From positions 648,032-712,031 of the forward strand of contig CAVTSB010000001.1 in the NCBI GenBank assembly GCA_963737255.1: a DNA stretch of 64,000 nucleotides. The letters run 5' to 3'. Below are positions 37,843 to 45,716 of the stretch, piece by piece. The stretch comes from an uncultured Bacteroidales bacterium. GTDB taxonomy: Bacteria; Bacteroidota; Bacteroidia; Bacteroidales; VadinHA17. The notes below the pieces were generated by a model. The model was given only the letters and a program-made list of their open reading frames with translations. It searched no databases and was not told the origin of the DNA. The position numbers and the translations under genes are program-made. Numbering within the stretch: the stretch's first letter is position 1; each line of letters starts with the position of its first letter.

Positions 37843-39318
37843 TCAGTTATCCGGCATTCCGGCCTGAACGGCAGGCATCCCGGCACTTCTCCTGATCTCC
37901 CCCGGACCGACCCTGATCTTAACGAGCGAAAATTCAGGTATGTTGTAACTTTTAAGGAAACGGTGGTAGAATTCAGGATCTTTTTGCGGCATGATAAATG
38001 GTTTGGCTGAATTCCCGTTTTCATCCATATATGAGATGAAAGGACGGGTGGTCAGGCCGTCGATACGCTTGCTGCTGAACAGCATCCATCTGCCGTTTGA
38101 TGACCATGAGTGATAACTGTCGGTCCGGTCGCTGTTCAGGGAAAGAGGGTAAGCTTTCAGGGAATCGAGGTCAATTGACCACAGATCGGCTTCCTTGTGC
38201 CAGATGGGGAAGCAACCATAGTCGTGAAGAGTGATCACCATGAATCTCCCGTCGGGCGAGATCCTGGGGAACGAAACGCTTTTCCCCTGTTCTGAAGCAT
38301 TAAAAACAAGTTCAGGCTCACCGGTGTGGCGGGTTGCTAGGTCGAATGGTACCCTGAACAGGTCGTAGTGTATTTCCTGGTACTCAAAGTTTTCCCCTGC
38401 AAGGGGAGCCCGGCAGAAATAGAGCCAGCGGCCGTCAGGCGACCATTCGGGATAGGTGTCCATGTATTTTTCCTTTTCAGGAAGGTTTGCATCCAGCATA
38501 ATGTTCTTTTCTACATCATAAATAAACAGGGATGATTCGAGGTCACTTACTTCCACTTTCTTATTCAGGGCAGAATGGAACTGCTGGACAATCCTGTTGG
38601 ATGAAAAAGCAACGTAATTTCCTGAAGGATGCCAGCGGGGATAAACGGCCCCGTTTTTCATTGCGTCGGTTTTCAGGTTGTACTTTTTAAATTCACCGTC
38701 TCTGAAGAAATAGGTACCGCCAAAACTGCCCCTCATGTGAAAGAGGAAATCGTCCGATCTTCCGTTGTTGAACGAATGGCAGTTAATGCAATTCTGATCA
38801 ACGACGCTGTTTTCGATTATTGAGGTTTCCTTAAAGCTTTCGATGCTTCGCTGCCTGATGCTTATCTCTTTCCAGCTTTCATAACCGGGATAGAGCAGCC
38901 TGTAGCTAATGTAGGGATCGACGGGCTCGGCGGCAATGAAGTTTGTTATTGTTTTATATTTCGACCAGTTCCCGTTTTTGTCCTTCAGGAATATGTCGAT
39001 TTTCAGATCATTCCCTTTGTTGCTGCCAAGGAGCTTTCTCCATTTCTTCTGTGGTATACTGACGATCCCGTTCCTGGTTCCGGTTTCAATTACTGATTTA
39101 CCGCCTGAAGAAAATCTGACAAAATATGCCTTTGCATCCTGGTTGATTTTGAAGTTTAAAGGAGCAATATTGTACGGGATTGTAATTCCGGAATAGTCGG
39201 GGTCGATAGGGGGCAGATCATTCAGTTCGGAAATTTTCCCGCCTGGTTTATTCCCGCAGCCATAAAGTGCAGAGATAAGGATTATTAAATAGAATTTATA
39301 TTTTAATATCCGGGTCAT
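37843..39318 (-). CDS. Lipoprotein with one CxxCH motif and TolB/PD40-like beta-propeller repeats
   Basis: Lipobox LYGCGN after the start MTRIL at 39318, CINCH motif, and repeated W(S/H)P(D/S)G(R/N) blades (WHPSGNY, WSPDGRW, ISPDGRF, WSSNGRW). Confidence 0.65.
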   Translation of the reverse strand: MTRILKYKFYLIILISALYGCGNKPGGKISELNDLPPIDPDYSGITIPYNIAPLNFKINQDAKAYFVRFSSGGKSVIETGTRNGIVSIPQKKWRKLLGSNKGNDLKIDIFLKDKNGNWSKYKTITNFIAAEPVDPYISYRLLYPGYESWKEISIRQRSIESFKETSIIENSVVDQNCINCHSFNNGRSDDFLFHMRGSFGGTYFFRDGEFKKYNLKTDAMKNGAVYPRWHPSGNYVAFSSNRIVQQFHSALNKKVEVSDLESSLFIYDVEKNIMLDANLPEKEKYMDTYPEWSPDGRWLYFCRAPLAGENFEYQEIHYDLFRVPFDLATRHTGEPELVFNASEQGKSVSFPRISPDGRFMVITLHDYGCFPIWHKEADLWSIDLDSLKAYPLSLNSDRTDSYHSWSSNGRWMLFSSKRIDGLTTRPFISYMDENGNSAKPFIMPQKDPEFYHRFLKSYNIPEFSLVKIRVGPGEIRRSAGMPAVQAGMPDN

Positions 39319-39348
39319 TGAAATTTCTTGAATGATCAGGGGAACGTG

Positions 39349-39356
39349 CAAATTTA
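39349..39356 (-). promoter_or_regulatory. -7 box TAAATTTG upstream of the 39318 start
   Basis: Plus-strand CAAATTTA. Its position supports the ATG at 39318 over the ORF-track start at 39351. Confidence 0.4.
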
Positions 39357-39415
39357 ATATATTTTTGTTCGGAAATTAAAACAAAGCGATAGGATTACCT
39401 GCCTTAACCAAAAGA

Positions 39416-39471
39416 AATACGTATTATAATACGTATTAAAATTTAAAGAAATATGTCTTTTAATACGTATT
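39416..39471. promoter_or_regulatory. Three copies of the perfect 10-bp palindrome AATACGTATT
   Basis: Copies at 39416-39425, 39428-39437 and 39462-39471. The outer copies extend to a 13-bp inverted repeat, AGAAATACGTATT / AATACGTATTTCT. Confidence 0.6.
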
Positions 39472-39966
39472 TCTCTACTGATTGTCAAATGCTCCTAAAA
39501 TTCGAAATCCACACACCTTTCCCCTCCTTCAAAAGCTGTTCTTTATACACAACTTTATAAACTAACCCTTGATGTAAGATACAATTTTCCACGAATCAGA
39601 GGTTATGAATCTGGAGTATCCATGAAGTGGATAAATATTAATAAGCTCCGATGCTTGTACTTTGCATCCTTGGCCTCTAAGTCTCTCTCCATTCACTCTT
39701 ACTTCTTTTCTTTTTCGCCGTAGGCGATTAATTATTGTAAAAAAACAATCACCATATTTATTTTTACCGCGAAGCGGTTAAACAATTGCTTTCCTGTTTA
39801 ACCTCTACGAGGTAAAAAATCATCTCTGGAATCTCCGCCTACAACAGTTTAAGCCCTACGGGCTAGATTTAACCTCCAGCTGTGCTGGCTAACTCTTTCA
39901 GAGCATAAAATAAAAGATGTGTATAAAGATTAGCCCTCCGGGAGGGGGAGCTTAAAATACAGCACC

Positions 39967-40015
39967 GTGCTCTGAGCCCTGTGCCCTGTGCCCTGAACCC
40001 TGTGCCCTGAGCTTC
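39967..40015. repeat. Heptanucleotide tandem array, 7 units of G(T/A)(G/A)CCCT type
   Basis: GTGCTCT GAGCCCT GTGCCCT GTGCCCT GAACCCT GTGCCCT GAGCTTC, read directly. Confidence 0.9.
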
Positions 40016-40068
40016 CCCACGGGAAGTGTCCGGTCTCATTGTTAAAAATCTTTAAATCGGAGTGAATC

Positions 40069-40100
40069 TTTGGTTTTTTAATTCACTATATTTACATTTG
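40069..40100 (+). promoter_or_regulatory. Bacteroidetes-type promoter (-33 TTTG, -7 TACATTTG)
   Basis: TTTG at 40069-40072 and TACATTTG at 40093-40100 with a 20-nt spacer, about 60 nt upstream of the ATG at 40164. Confidence 0.55.
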
Positions 40101-40163
40101 GTTACATTCTCTATCCTTGAAAAGCAGTTGTTTTAAGTTCTCATAAATCTAATCTGATCGAAT

Positions 40164-41577
40164 ATGAAAAAATCAAGTATTTCAAGACGTAATTTTCTTG
40201 GCAAGGCTGCTACCGTGGGAGTTGCAGGCATTGTTGTGCCAACGATCATTACAAGCTGTGCCCGTGAAACAAAGAAAGTAGTTGAAGTGCCCGCTTTTCT
40301 GGACCAGGCTCCCGACGGACCGGTTATCAAGGCAGGTGTTATTGGTTGCGGCGGTCGGGGAACCGGAGCAGCAATAAACTTCCTTAATGCAGGCCCGAGT
40401 CTGCAGATCACTGCCCTGGGTGACACGTTCCAGGATCGGGTTGACGCCTGCAAGGCCAGGATACTTAAAGAAAAGGGCCAGGAAGTACCGGCTGAAAATT
40501 GTTTTGTAGGGTTCGATGCTTTTCAGAAGGTGATTGATTCAGGAGTTGATCTTGTTATTCTGGCCACTCCGCCATCTTTCCGTCCTGAGCATCTTGCAGC
40601 GGCAGTTACCGCCAAAAAGCACATATTTGCTGAAAAACCAGTATGTGTCGACCCCACAGGTGCAAGATCGGTAATGGCTACTGCAAAGAAAGCTGAAGGA
40701 ATGGAGCTGAGCATTGCAACTGGTACCCAGCGCCGTCACCAGCGCGATTACGTTGCAAACTGGCAGCAGGTTCAACAGGGAATGATCGGTGAACTGACAG
40801 GCGGTAATATCTGGTGGAACGGAGGAAAACTCTGGCATCGCGACAACGATCCGTCATGGAGCGAAATGGAGTGGATGATCCGCGACTGGGTTAACTGGAC
40901 ATGGCTGTCAGGTGACCACATTGTTGAACAGCACGTTCATAATATTGATGTCATGAACTGGTTCTTCGGGGCACACCCCACAAAGGCAGTGGGCATGGGC
41001 TCAAGGCTGCGCCGGGTAACAGGCGATCAGTATGATAATTTCAGCATTGATTACGTATTTGAGGATGGCAGGCATGTTCACAGCATGTGCCGTCAGATAA
41101 ATGGTTGCGCCAACAATGTTTCTGAAAGATTGCAGGGAGCAAAAGGATCAACCAACTGCCAGAACACTATACTTGACCTCGCCGGAACCGAACTGTGGAA
41201 ATATGACTATCCCCTCGATGCCGACGGCAAACCGACAAGCCGCGTAGCTTGACCCGTATGTTCAGGAACATATCGACCTGATCACAGCCATCCGTACGGG
41301 CAAAGTATTCAATGAACTGGAAGCCACGGCAGTCTCAACATTGATCGGTATTATGGGACGTATCTCTGCTTATACAGGGAAAGAGACTACATATGAAGAG
41401 ATGATGAACTCCGACCTTAAGCTTGGCCCAACAGTATTTGCATTCGGTCCGGTTGATATTGCAAAAGAAGTTCCGATTGCAGGTTTGCCTTATATTCCCC
41501 CGACAGCTGAAGAGCTGGCAGCTCAGGCTAAAAGACGGGCTGAAAGGGAGGCTCAAAGACAAACGAGTCAGAATTAA
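40164..41577 (+). pseudogene. Tat-signal Gfo/Idh/MocA oxidoreductase interrupted by a +1 frameshift at 41247-41252
   Basis: The N-terminus SRRNFLGKAATVGVAG is a Tat signal, followed by a Rossmann domain. ORF 1 stops at TGA 41250-41252. The conserved continuation LDPYVQEHIDLITAIRTGK...STLIGIMGRISAYTGKE runs in the +1 frame to 41577. Confidence 0.75.
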
Positions 41578-41595
41578 ATCATAAGACTATCTTTT

Positions 41596-42540
41596 ATGAA
41601 TAGCTCAAGAAGAGAATTTATAAAGAAAACAACAACAGGTGCTGCAATTCTGGCAGCACCTGCTTTTCTCGGATCATCCAAAGTATCGGGTCAGCAGAAA
41701 GCTACTGATGCCACTGCCCCTTTCAGGCTGAAATATGCCCCCGGTCTGGGGATGTTCCGTCAGCACGCGGGACAGGACCCGGTTGACAACATTAAGTTCT
41801 GTCACGATATGGGTTTCAGAGCCGTTTTCGATAACAGCCTTATGCGAAGGGAACCCGAACTTCAGTTACGGATCGTGAATGAACTGAAACGCCTGGATAT
41901 GGATCTGGGTCCTTATGTACTGCGGGCTGATTCGGGGAAAACAGATTTTGTCCTTAATACCCAGGAGGTCCGCGATACTCTGATCGCCAGTATGAAAGAG
42001 GGCGTCGAAGTTTCAAAAAGAACCGGCGCAAAACAGGCCCTGGTAGTTCTGGGCAGGTATGATGTAAAGCTCCACAGGGATTACCAGACTGCAAACGCGA
42101 TCGACAACCTGAGGTACTGCTGTGATATAATGGAACCTGAGGGGATAACAATAGTACTGGAGCCGCTCAACAATTATATCAATCATCCGGGACTATTTCT
42201 TACAGGCATTCCGCAGGCATATTCCATTTGCCGGGCAGTGAACAGGCCTTCATGCAAAATCGTTAACGACATTTATCATCAGCAGATCAGCGAAGGAAAC
42301 CTGATACCCAACATAGAGGCGGCATGGAGTGAAATCGCGGCTTTCCATCTCGGCGACAATCCGGGAAGAAATGAACCCACAACAGGCGAGATTAATTACA
42401 AGAGTATCTTTAAGTATCTCTATAACAAGAAATACGATGGTACTCTGTGTATGGAGCATGGTATAAGCCAGAGAGGCACAAAGGAAGGCGAAGCACGGGT
42501 TATCCAGGCCTACCGGGAATGCGATAGCTTTGAGGTATAA
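41596..42540 (+). CDS. Tat-signal xylose-isomerase-like TIM-barrel protein
   Basis: SRREFIKKTTTGAAILAAPAFLGS Tat signal, with a body of the sugar phosphate isomerase/epimerase family. Confidence 0.7.
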   Translation: MNSSRREFIKKTTTGAAILAAPAFLGSSKVSGQQKATDATAPFRLKYAPGLGMFRQHAGQDPVDNIKFCHDMGFRAVFDNSLMRREPELQLRIVNELKRLDMDLGPYVLRADSGKTDFVLNTQEVRDTLIASMKEGVEVSKRTGAKQALVVLGRYDVKLHRDYQTANAIDNLRYCCDIMEPEGITIVLEPLNNYINHPGLFLTGIPQAYSICRAVNRPSCKIVNDIYHQQISEGNLIPNIEAAWSEIAAFHLGDNPGRNEPTTGEINYKSIFKYLYNKKYDGTLCMEHGISQRGTKEGEARVIQAYRECDSFEV

Positions 42541-42570
42541 TTACAATAGATTAAATTACAGTTTTAATAA

Positions 42571-42598
42571 GCAGAGGCGTTGCATGCAACGCCTCTGC
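42571..42598. terminator. Perfect 28-nt palindrome, bidirectional terminator
   Basis: GCAGAGGCGTTGCA|TGCAACGCCTCTGC, flanked by T-runs on both strands and lying between convergent genes. Confidence 0.8.
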
Positions 42599-42601
42599 CT
42601 T

Positions 42602-43780
42602 TTAATCCAACAGATGCTCAATCGGTTTTGTTCCTTCCGGACCAACAATTGTCACTTTGATCTTCGCGCCGGTGACATCACATTTCAGGTAGGCATTGTT
42701 GCTGTTCACAATCACGGGAAATGTTGTTTTTCCTGCAACAGGCGCATTATATGAATACCTGTGGGTGTGCCCGCTGAATACAACATCAACTTTTGCCTCA
42801 TTCAGAAGCGGTAAAAGGGTTTCATCAAGATGCAGTGTGCCATGCCAGTTACTGACGCCCGGGGGCATGTGAAGCATCACGATCCTGACTGCAGCATCCC
42901 TGAATTCCTTTGCCTGGATTGCTCCCCTGAGCCAGGCTGCCTGGGCTTCCCTGTAGGCATCGAAATCAGCAAGACCGCTATATTCTATATCAGAGTCGGG
43001 TTTATCCTCCCCGCAGTCAAGCACCAGAAATGCAACCTCGCCTGCATTGAAAGTCCGGTATACCCTTCCCTCCTTCAGCGGGAAATAGTCCATGAGGAAA
43101 TCGGAATAGGTCCCCCTGGTCTCATGATTGCCCCTGTTGAAGGCGATCGGAATCCTCTTTGCAAATAAATCCACCGAGGCGTCAACGAAATCAGTCATAA
43201 GCTGCTCCTCACTGTTAATTGCCGTCGACATATCGCCGTTAAAGAATACCATATCGAGCGAGGAAAAATCAACATCCTTGCAGAGGTCCCTCATAAACTG
43301 AGCCCTGCCGTGAAGGTCGTTAAACATAATGAATGACACTGTATCGTCCTGGTGGCTGAAAGTTGTGAATGAAAGGGAATTCCTGCTGTACGCGGCATTG
43401 GCAACGGTTATTCCGTAAACTACCCGGCTATCTGTCTGCCAGTTAATCACTTCTTTTGAAAAAACGGCATAGCGGTACTTTGTTCCCGGCTCCAGATCCT
43501 CAATCCGCACCTTATGAAGGTTCGAGGCAGCTTGTTTGCGTCCGTAGCGTGAGTTGTAATAACGCGGCCGTTCCTTTCCGTAGAAATGACTGCCGTCGTC
43601 GGGAGCGATCTCAACCCATGATACGGCATTTTTGTTTGTCATCCAGACGATTGTCACACCGGTTTCGCTCATATCGGTAAGCCATGGACCGTGTGTGATC
43701 TTAAAACTATCCTGGGAGTATCCCCTGAAGCTCAGGGCAAGAACCAGAAATATTAAAACTGAAGTTTTCCTTTGCATCAT
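42602..43780 (-). CDS. Secreted metallophosphoesterase (purple-acid-phosphatase-like)
   Basis: Signal peptide, FN3-like N-domain, and calcineurin-like motifs GDMS, GNHE and GHTH. Confidence 0.8.
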   Translation of the reverse strand: MMQRKTSVLIFLVLALSFRGYSQDSFKITHGPWLTDMSETGVTIVWMTNKNAVSWVEIAPDDGSHFYGKERPRYYNSRYGRKQAASNLHKVRIEDLEPGTKYRYAVFSKEVINWQTDSRVVYGITVANAAYSRNSLSFTTFSHQDDTVSFIMFNDLHGRAQFMRDLCKDVDFSSLDMVFFNGDMSTAINSEEQLMTDFVDASVDLFAKRIPIAFNRGNHETRGTYSDFLMDYFPLKEGRVYRTFNAGEVAFLVLDCGEDKPDSDIEYSGLADFDAYREAQAAWLRGAIQAKEFRDAAVRIVMLHMPPGVSNWHGTLHLDETLLPLLNEAKVDVVFSGHTHRYSYNAPVAGKTTFPVIVNSNNAYLKCDVTGAKIKVTIVGPEGTKPIEHLLD

Positions 43781-43797
43781 TTATTTAAGTTAAAAAA

Positions 43798-43894
43798 GAG
43801 GCTATCTCAAAATCCCTTGTTTTTCACCCCTAAAGGGAACTTTTAAGAACCACCCTCAGGGGCGCAGGGGGTGAAAATGGGTTGAGATAGCCTC
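43798..43894. repeat. 97-bp composite inverted repeat
   Basis: The outer 13-bp arms GAGGCTATCTCAA / TTGAGATAGCCTC enclose the inner 10-bp arms TTTTCACCCC / GGGGTGAAAA. Confidence 0.85.
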
Positions 43895-43908
43895 CGGATT
43901 GTCAACTA

Positions 43909-45705
43909 CTAATAGCCCGGATTCTGGATAAGGAGACTGTTCTTATTCATCTCATCCCTCAGTATCGGGAAGAAATATGCTTTATCCTCCCATTTCCAGG
44001 TCTCAAATACCTTTGGAGTTATTGTCGGAACGGCGGCCGTGGTATGATCGGCTTCGTTCATCTTATAAACCACATCGACACTGTGCACGGGATGATAAGC
44101 GAGCGGCCCGATGACCCAGCGGCGGACATCAAAGAAACGCTGCTCTTCGAATGCAAGCTCTATTCGTCTCTCATGGCGGTAGCGTTCGCGCAGGGCATCA
44201 CCGGTTTCAGTAATGTCTGGCATTCCGGCCCTCTTCCTTATCATATTCAGGTAGGTCCTGGCTTCGTCTTCCTGGCCAAGTTCAATGCAGGCTTCGGCAT
44301 AGTTCAGCAAAACCTCTCCATATCTCATCCAGCGCCATGGAACGGTTTGGAAGAAATATTGAGCATCAACTGCAGGATCCTGGAATTTGCGAAGGTAGTA
44401 ACCCGGATAACCGCCGTTCCAGTTTTCAATGGTACTTTGCCGGGTATCAACACCATAATATACCTTTATTGCCTGTGTCGCTTCATCCCATCTTTCCCAT
44501 TTGCCGACCTGTACGATGCCGACAGGATCAATTCCCTGCACGTCAGCGGTGCGGGGTTTCCAATAAGCACCTTCATAAAGGATTGAAGCATAGAACCGTG
44601 GTTCACGGTTGGCATACGGGGCGGCGGCATGTTCCGGATTGGTCCAGTCGAACTTTGTACCATCTTTCATTTCGTAATCATCAACAATGTCGCCTATCGG
44701 GGCATTGGTTCCCCAGTTGTGCCATCCGTTCGGCCCGCTCACCAGTCCCAGATACTGTTGCTGGTTTGAGGTGAAATACTTGACAAAAATATCCTCTTCA
44801 GTGTTCTTGGCGATAAACAGTTCAGCAATGTTCCTTGCAACAGAGTCGGAGGGTGCCGGCGTGGCTTTATAAAGGCCATAGATCCCAAGGTCGATAACAG
44901 CTTTGGCTGCATCGCGGGCAGCTTCCCAGCGGGTCTGCCTGCTTCCGCCTGTATATCCAACAAGCTCGGGATTTGCATAACCGGTGAAGACCGTTGTATT
45001 ATAGAGGTCGCTGGCAGCATAAAGCAGGACCCGCGCCTTCAGGGTCATGGCAGCGCCTCTGGTGGCACGCCCCTTATTATCGCCGCTTTGAACTTCCGGC
45101 AACATTTCTGCGGCAAGGTCGCATTCCTCAGTCATGAAGTTTACACAATCCTCATAGGAGCTGCGGGCAATCTGGAAATCATCAGTCAATCCGTAAGGAT
45201 CGGTAATTATTGGAACTCCTCCATATACCGAAGTGAGCAGGTGATAGAGGTAGGCTCTCAGAAAATGAACTTCTCCCGTCATCCGGTCCTTCATCGTTTT
45301 GCCGTCTACAATGGCGTCCCCGAATGGAACTTTATCGACGTTGGCAAAAAAGATATTGCAGTACCTGATCGATTTGTAAAGGTCATTCCAGGTCCTGTAC
45401 CTGCTTGGGGTACTCCAGCCCGGGATCTGGTCAACAGTAAGAAGGCAGTTGTTGAAGTTTTTTGATGCGCCGTTGCCCCGGTAGTGGGCTTCATCAACGA
45501 TGTTCGATTTCAGTCTTCCGGGTGATGCAGGCTCATCAAGCCTCCAGTAAATCTGGTTGATAAAAGTCTCCACCAATGCCGGATCGTTCCAGACATCGAC
45601 CTCCGAAAATTCTGTAAGAGGTTTTGTTTCAAGAAAATCTTGACTACACGAAGCCATAAATGCGGCCACGAATAGAAATATCAGGATGTTTATTTTGTTT
45701 CTCAT
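43909..45705 (-). CDS. susD: SusD/RagB-family nutrient-binding lipoprotein
   Basis: Lipobox FMASCSQD, the LLNYAEACIELG motif, and C-terminal ..IQNPGY. Confidence 0.9.
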   Translation of the reverse strand: MRNKINILIFLFVAAFMASCSQDFLETKPLTEFSEVDVWNDPALVETFINQIYWRLDEPASPGRLKSNIVDEAHYRGNGASKNFNNCLLTVDQIPGWSTPSRYRTWNDLYKSIRYCNIFFANVDKVPFGDAIVDGKTMKDRMTGEVHFLRAYLYHLLTSVYGGVPIITDPYGLTDDFQIARSSYEDCVNFMTEECDLAAEMLPEVQSGDNKGRATRGAAMTLKARVLLYAASDLYNTTVFTGYANPELVGYTGGSRQTRWEAARDAAKAVIDLGIYGLYKATPAPSDSVARNIAELFIAKNTEEDIFVKYFTSNQQQYLGLVSGPNGWHNWGTNAPIGDIVDDYEMKDGTKFDWTNPEHAAAPYANREPRFYASILYEGAYWKPRTADVQGIDPVGIVQVGKWERWDEATQAIKVYYGVDTRQSTIENWNGGYPGYYLRKFQDPAVDAQYFFQTVPWRWMRYGEVLLNYAEACIELGQEDEARTYLNMIRKRAGMPDITETGDALRERYRHERRIELAFEEQRFFDVRRWVIGPLAYHPVHSVDVVYKMNEADHTTAAVPTITPKVFETWKWEDKAYFFPILRDEMNKNSLLIQNPGY

Positions 45706-45716
45706 AATCTCTGATT

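Noticed and set aside
41244-41252. prfB-like programmed +1 frameshift (CUU UGA C type) in the oxidoreductase gene.
   Set aside because: The site reads GCU UGA C. The P-site codon GCU cannot re-pair in the +1 frame (CUU) as the prfB CUU/UUU slip does, and no upstream stimulatory element is evident. A 1-nt insertion in the TT run is more parsimonious. It is kept only as a low-probability alternative in the findings.
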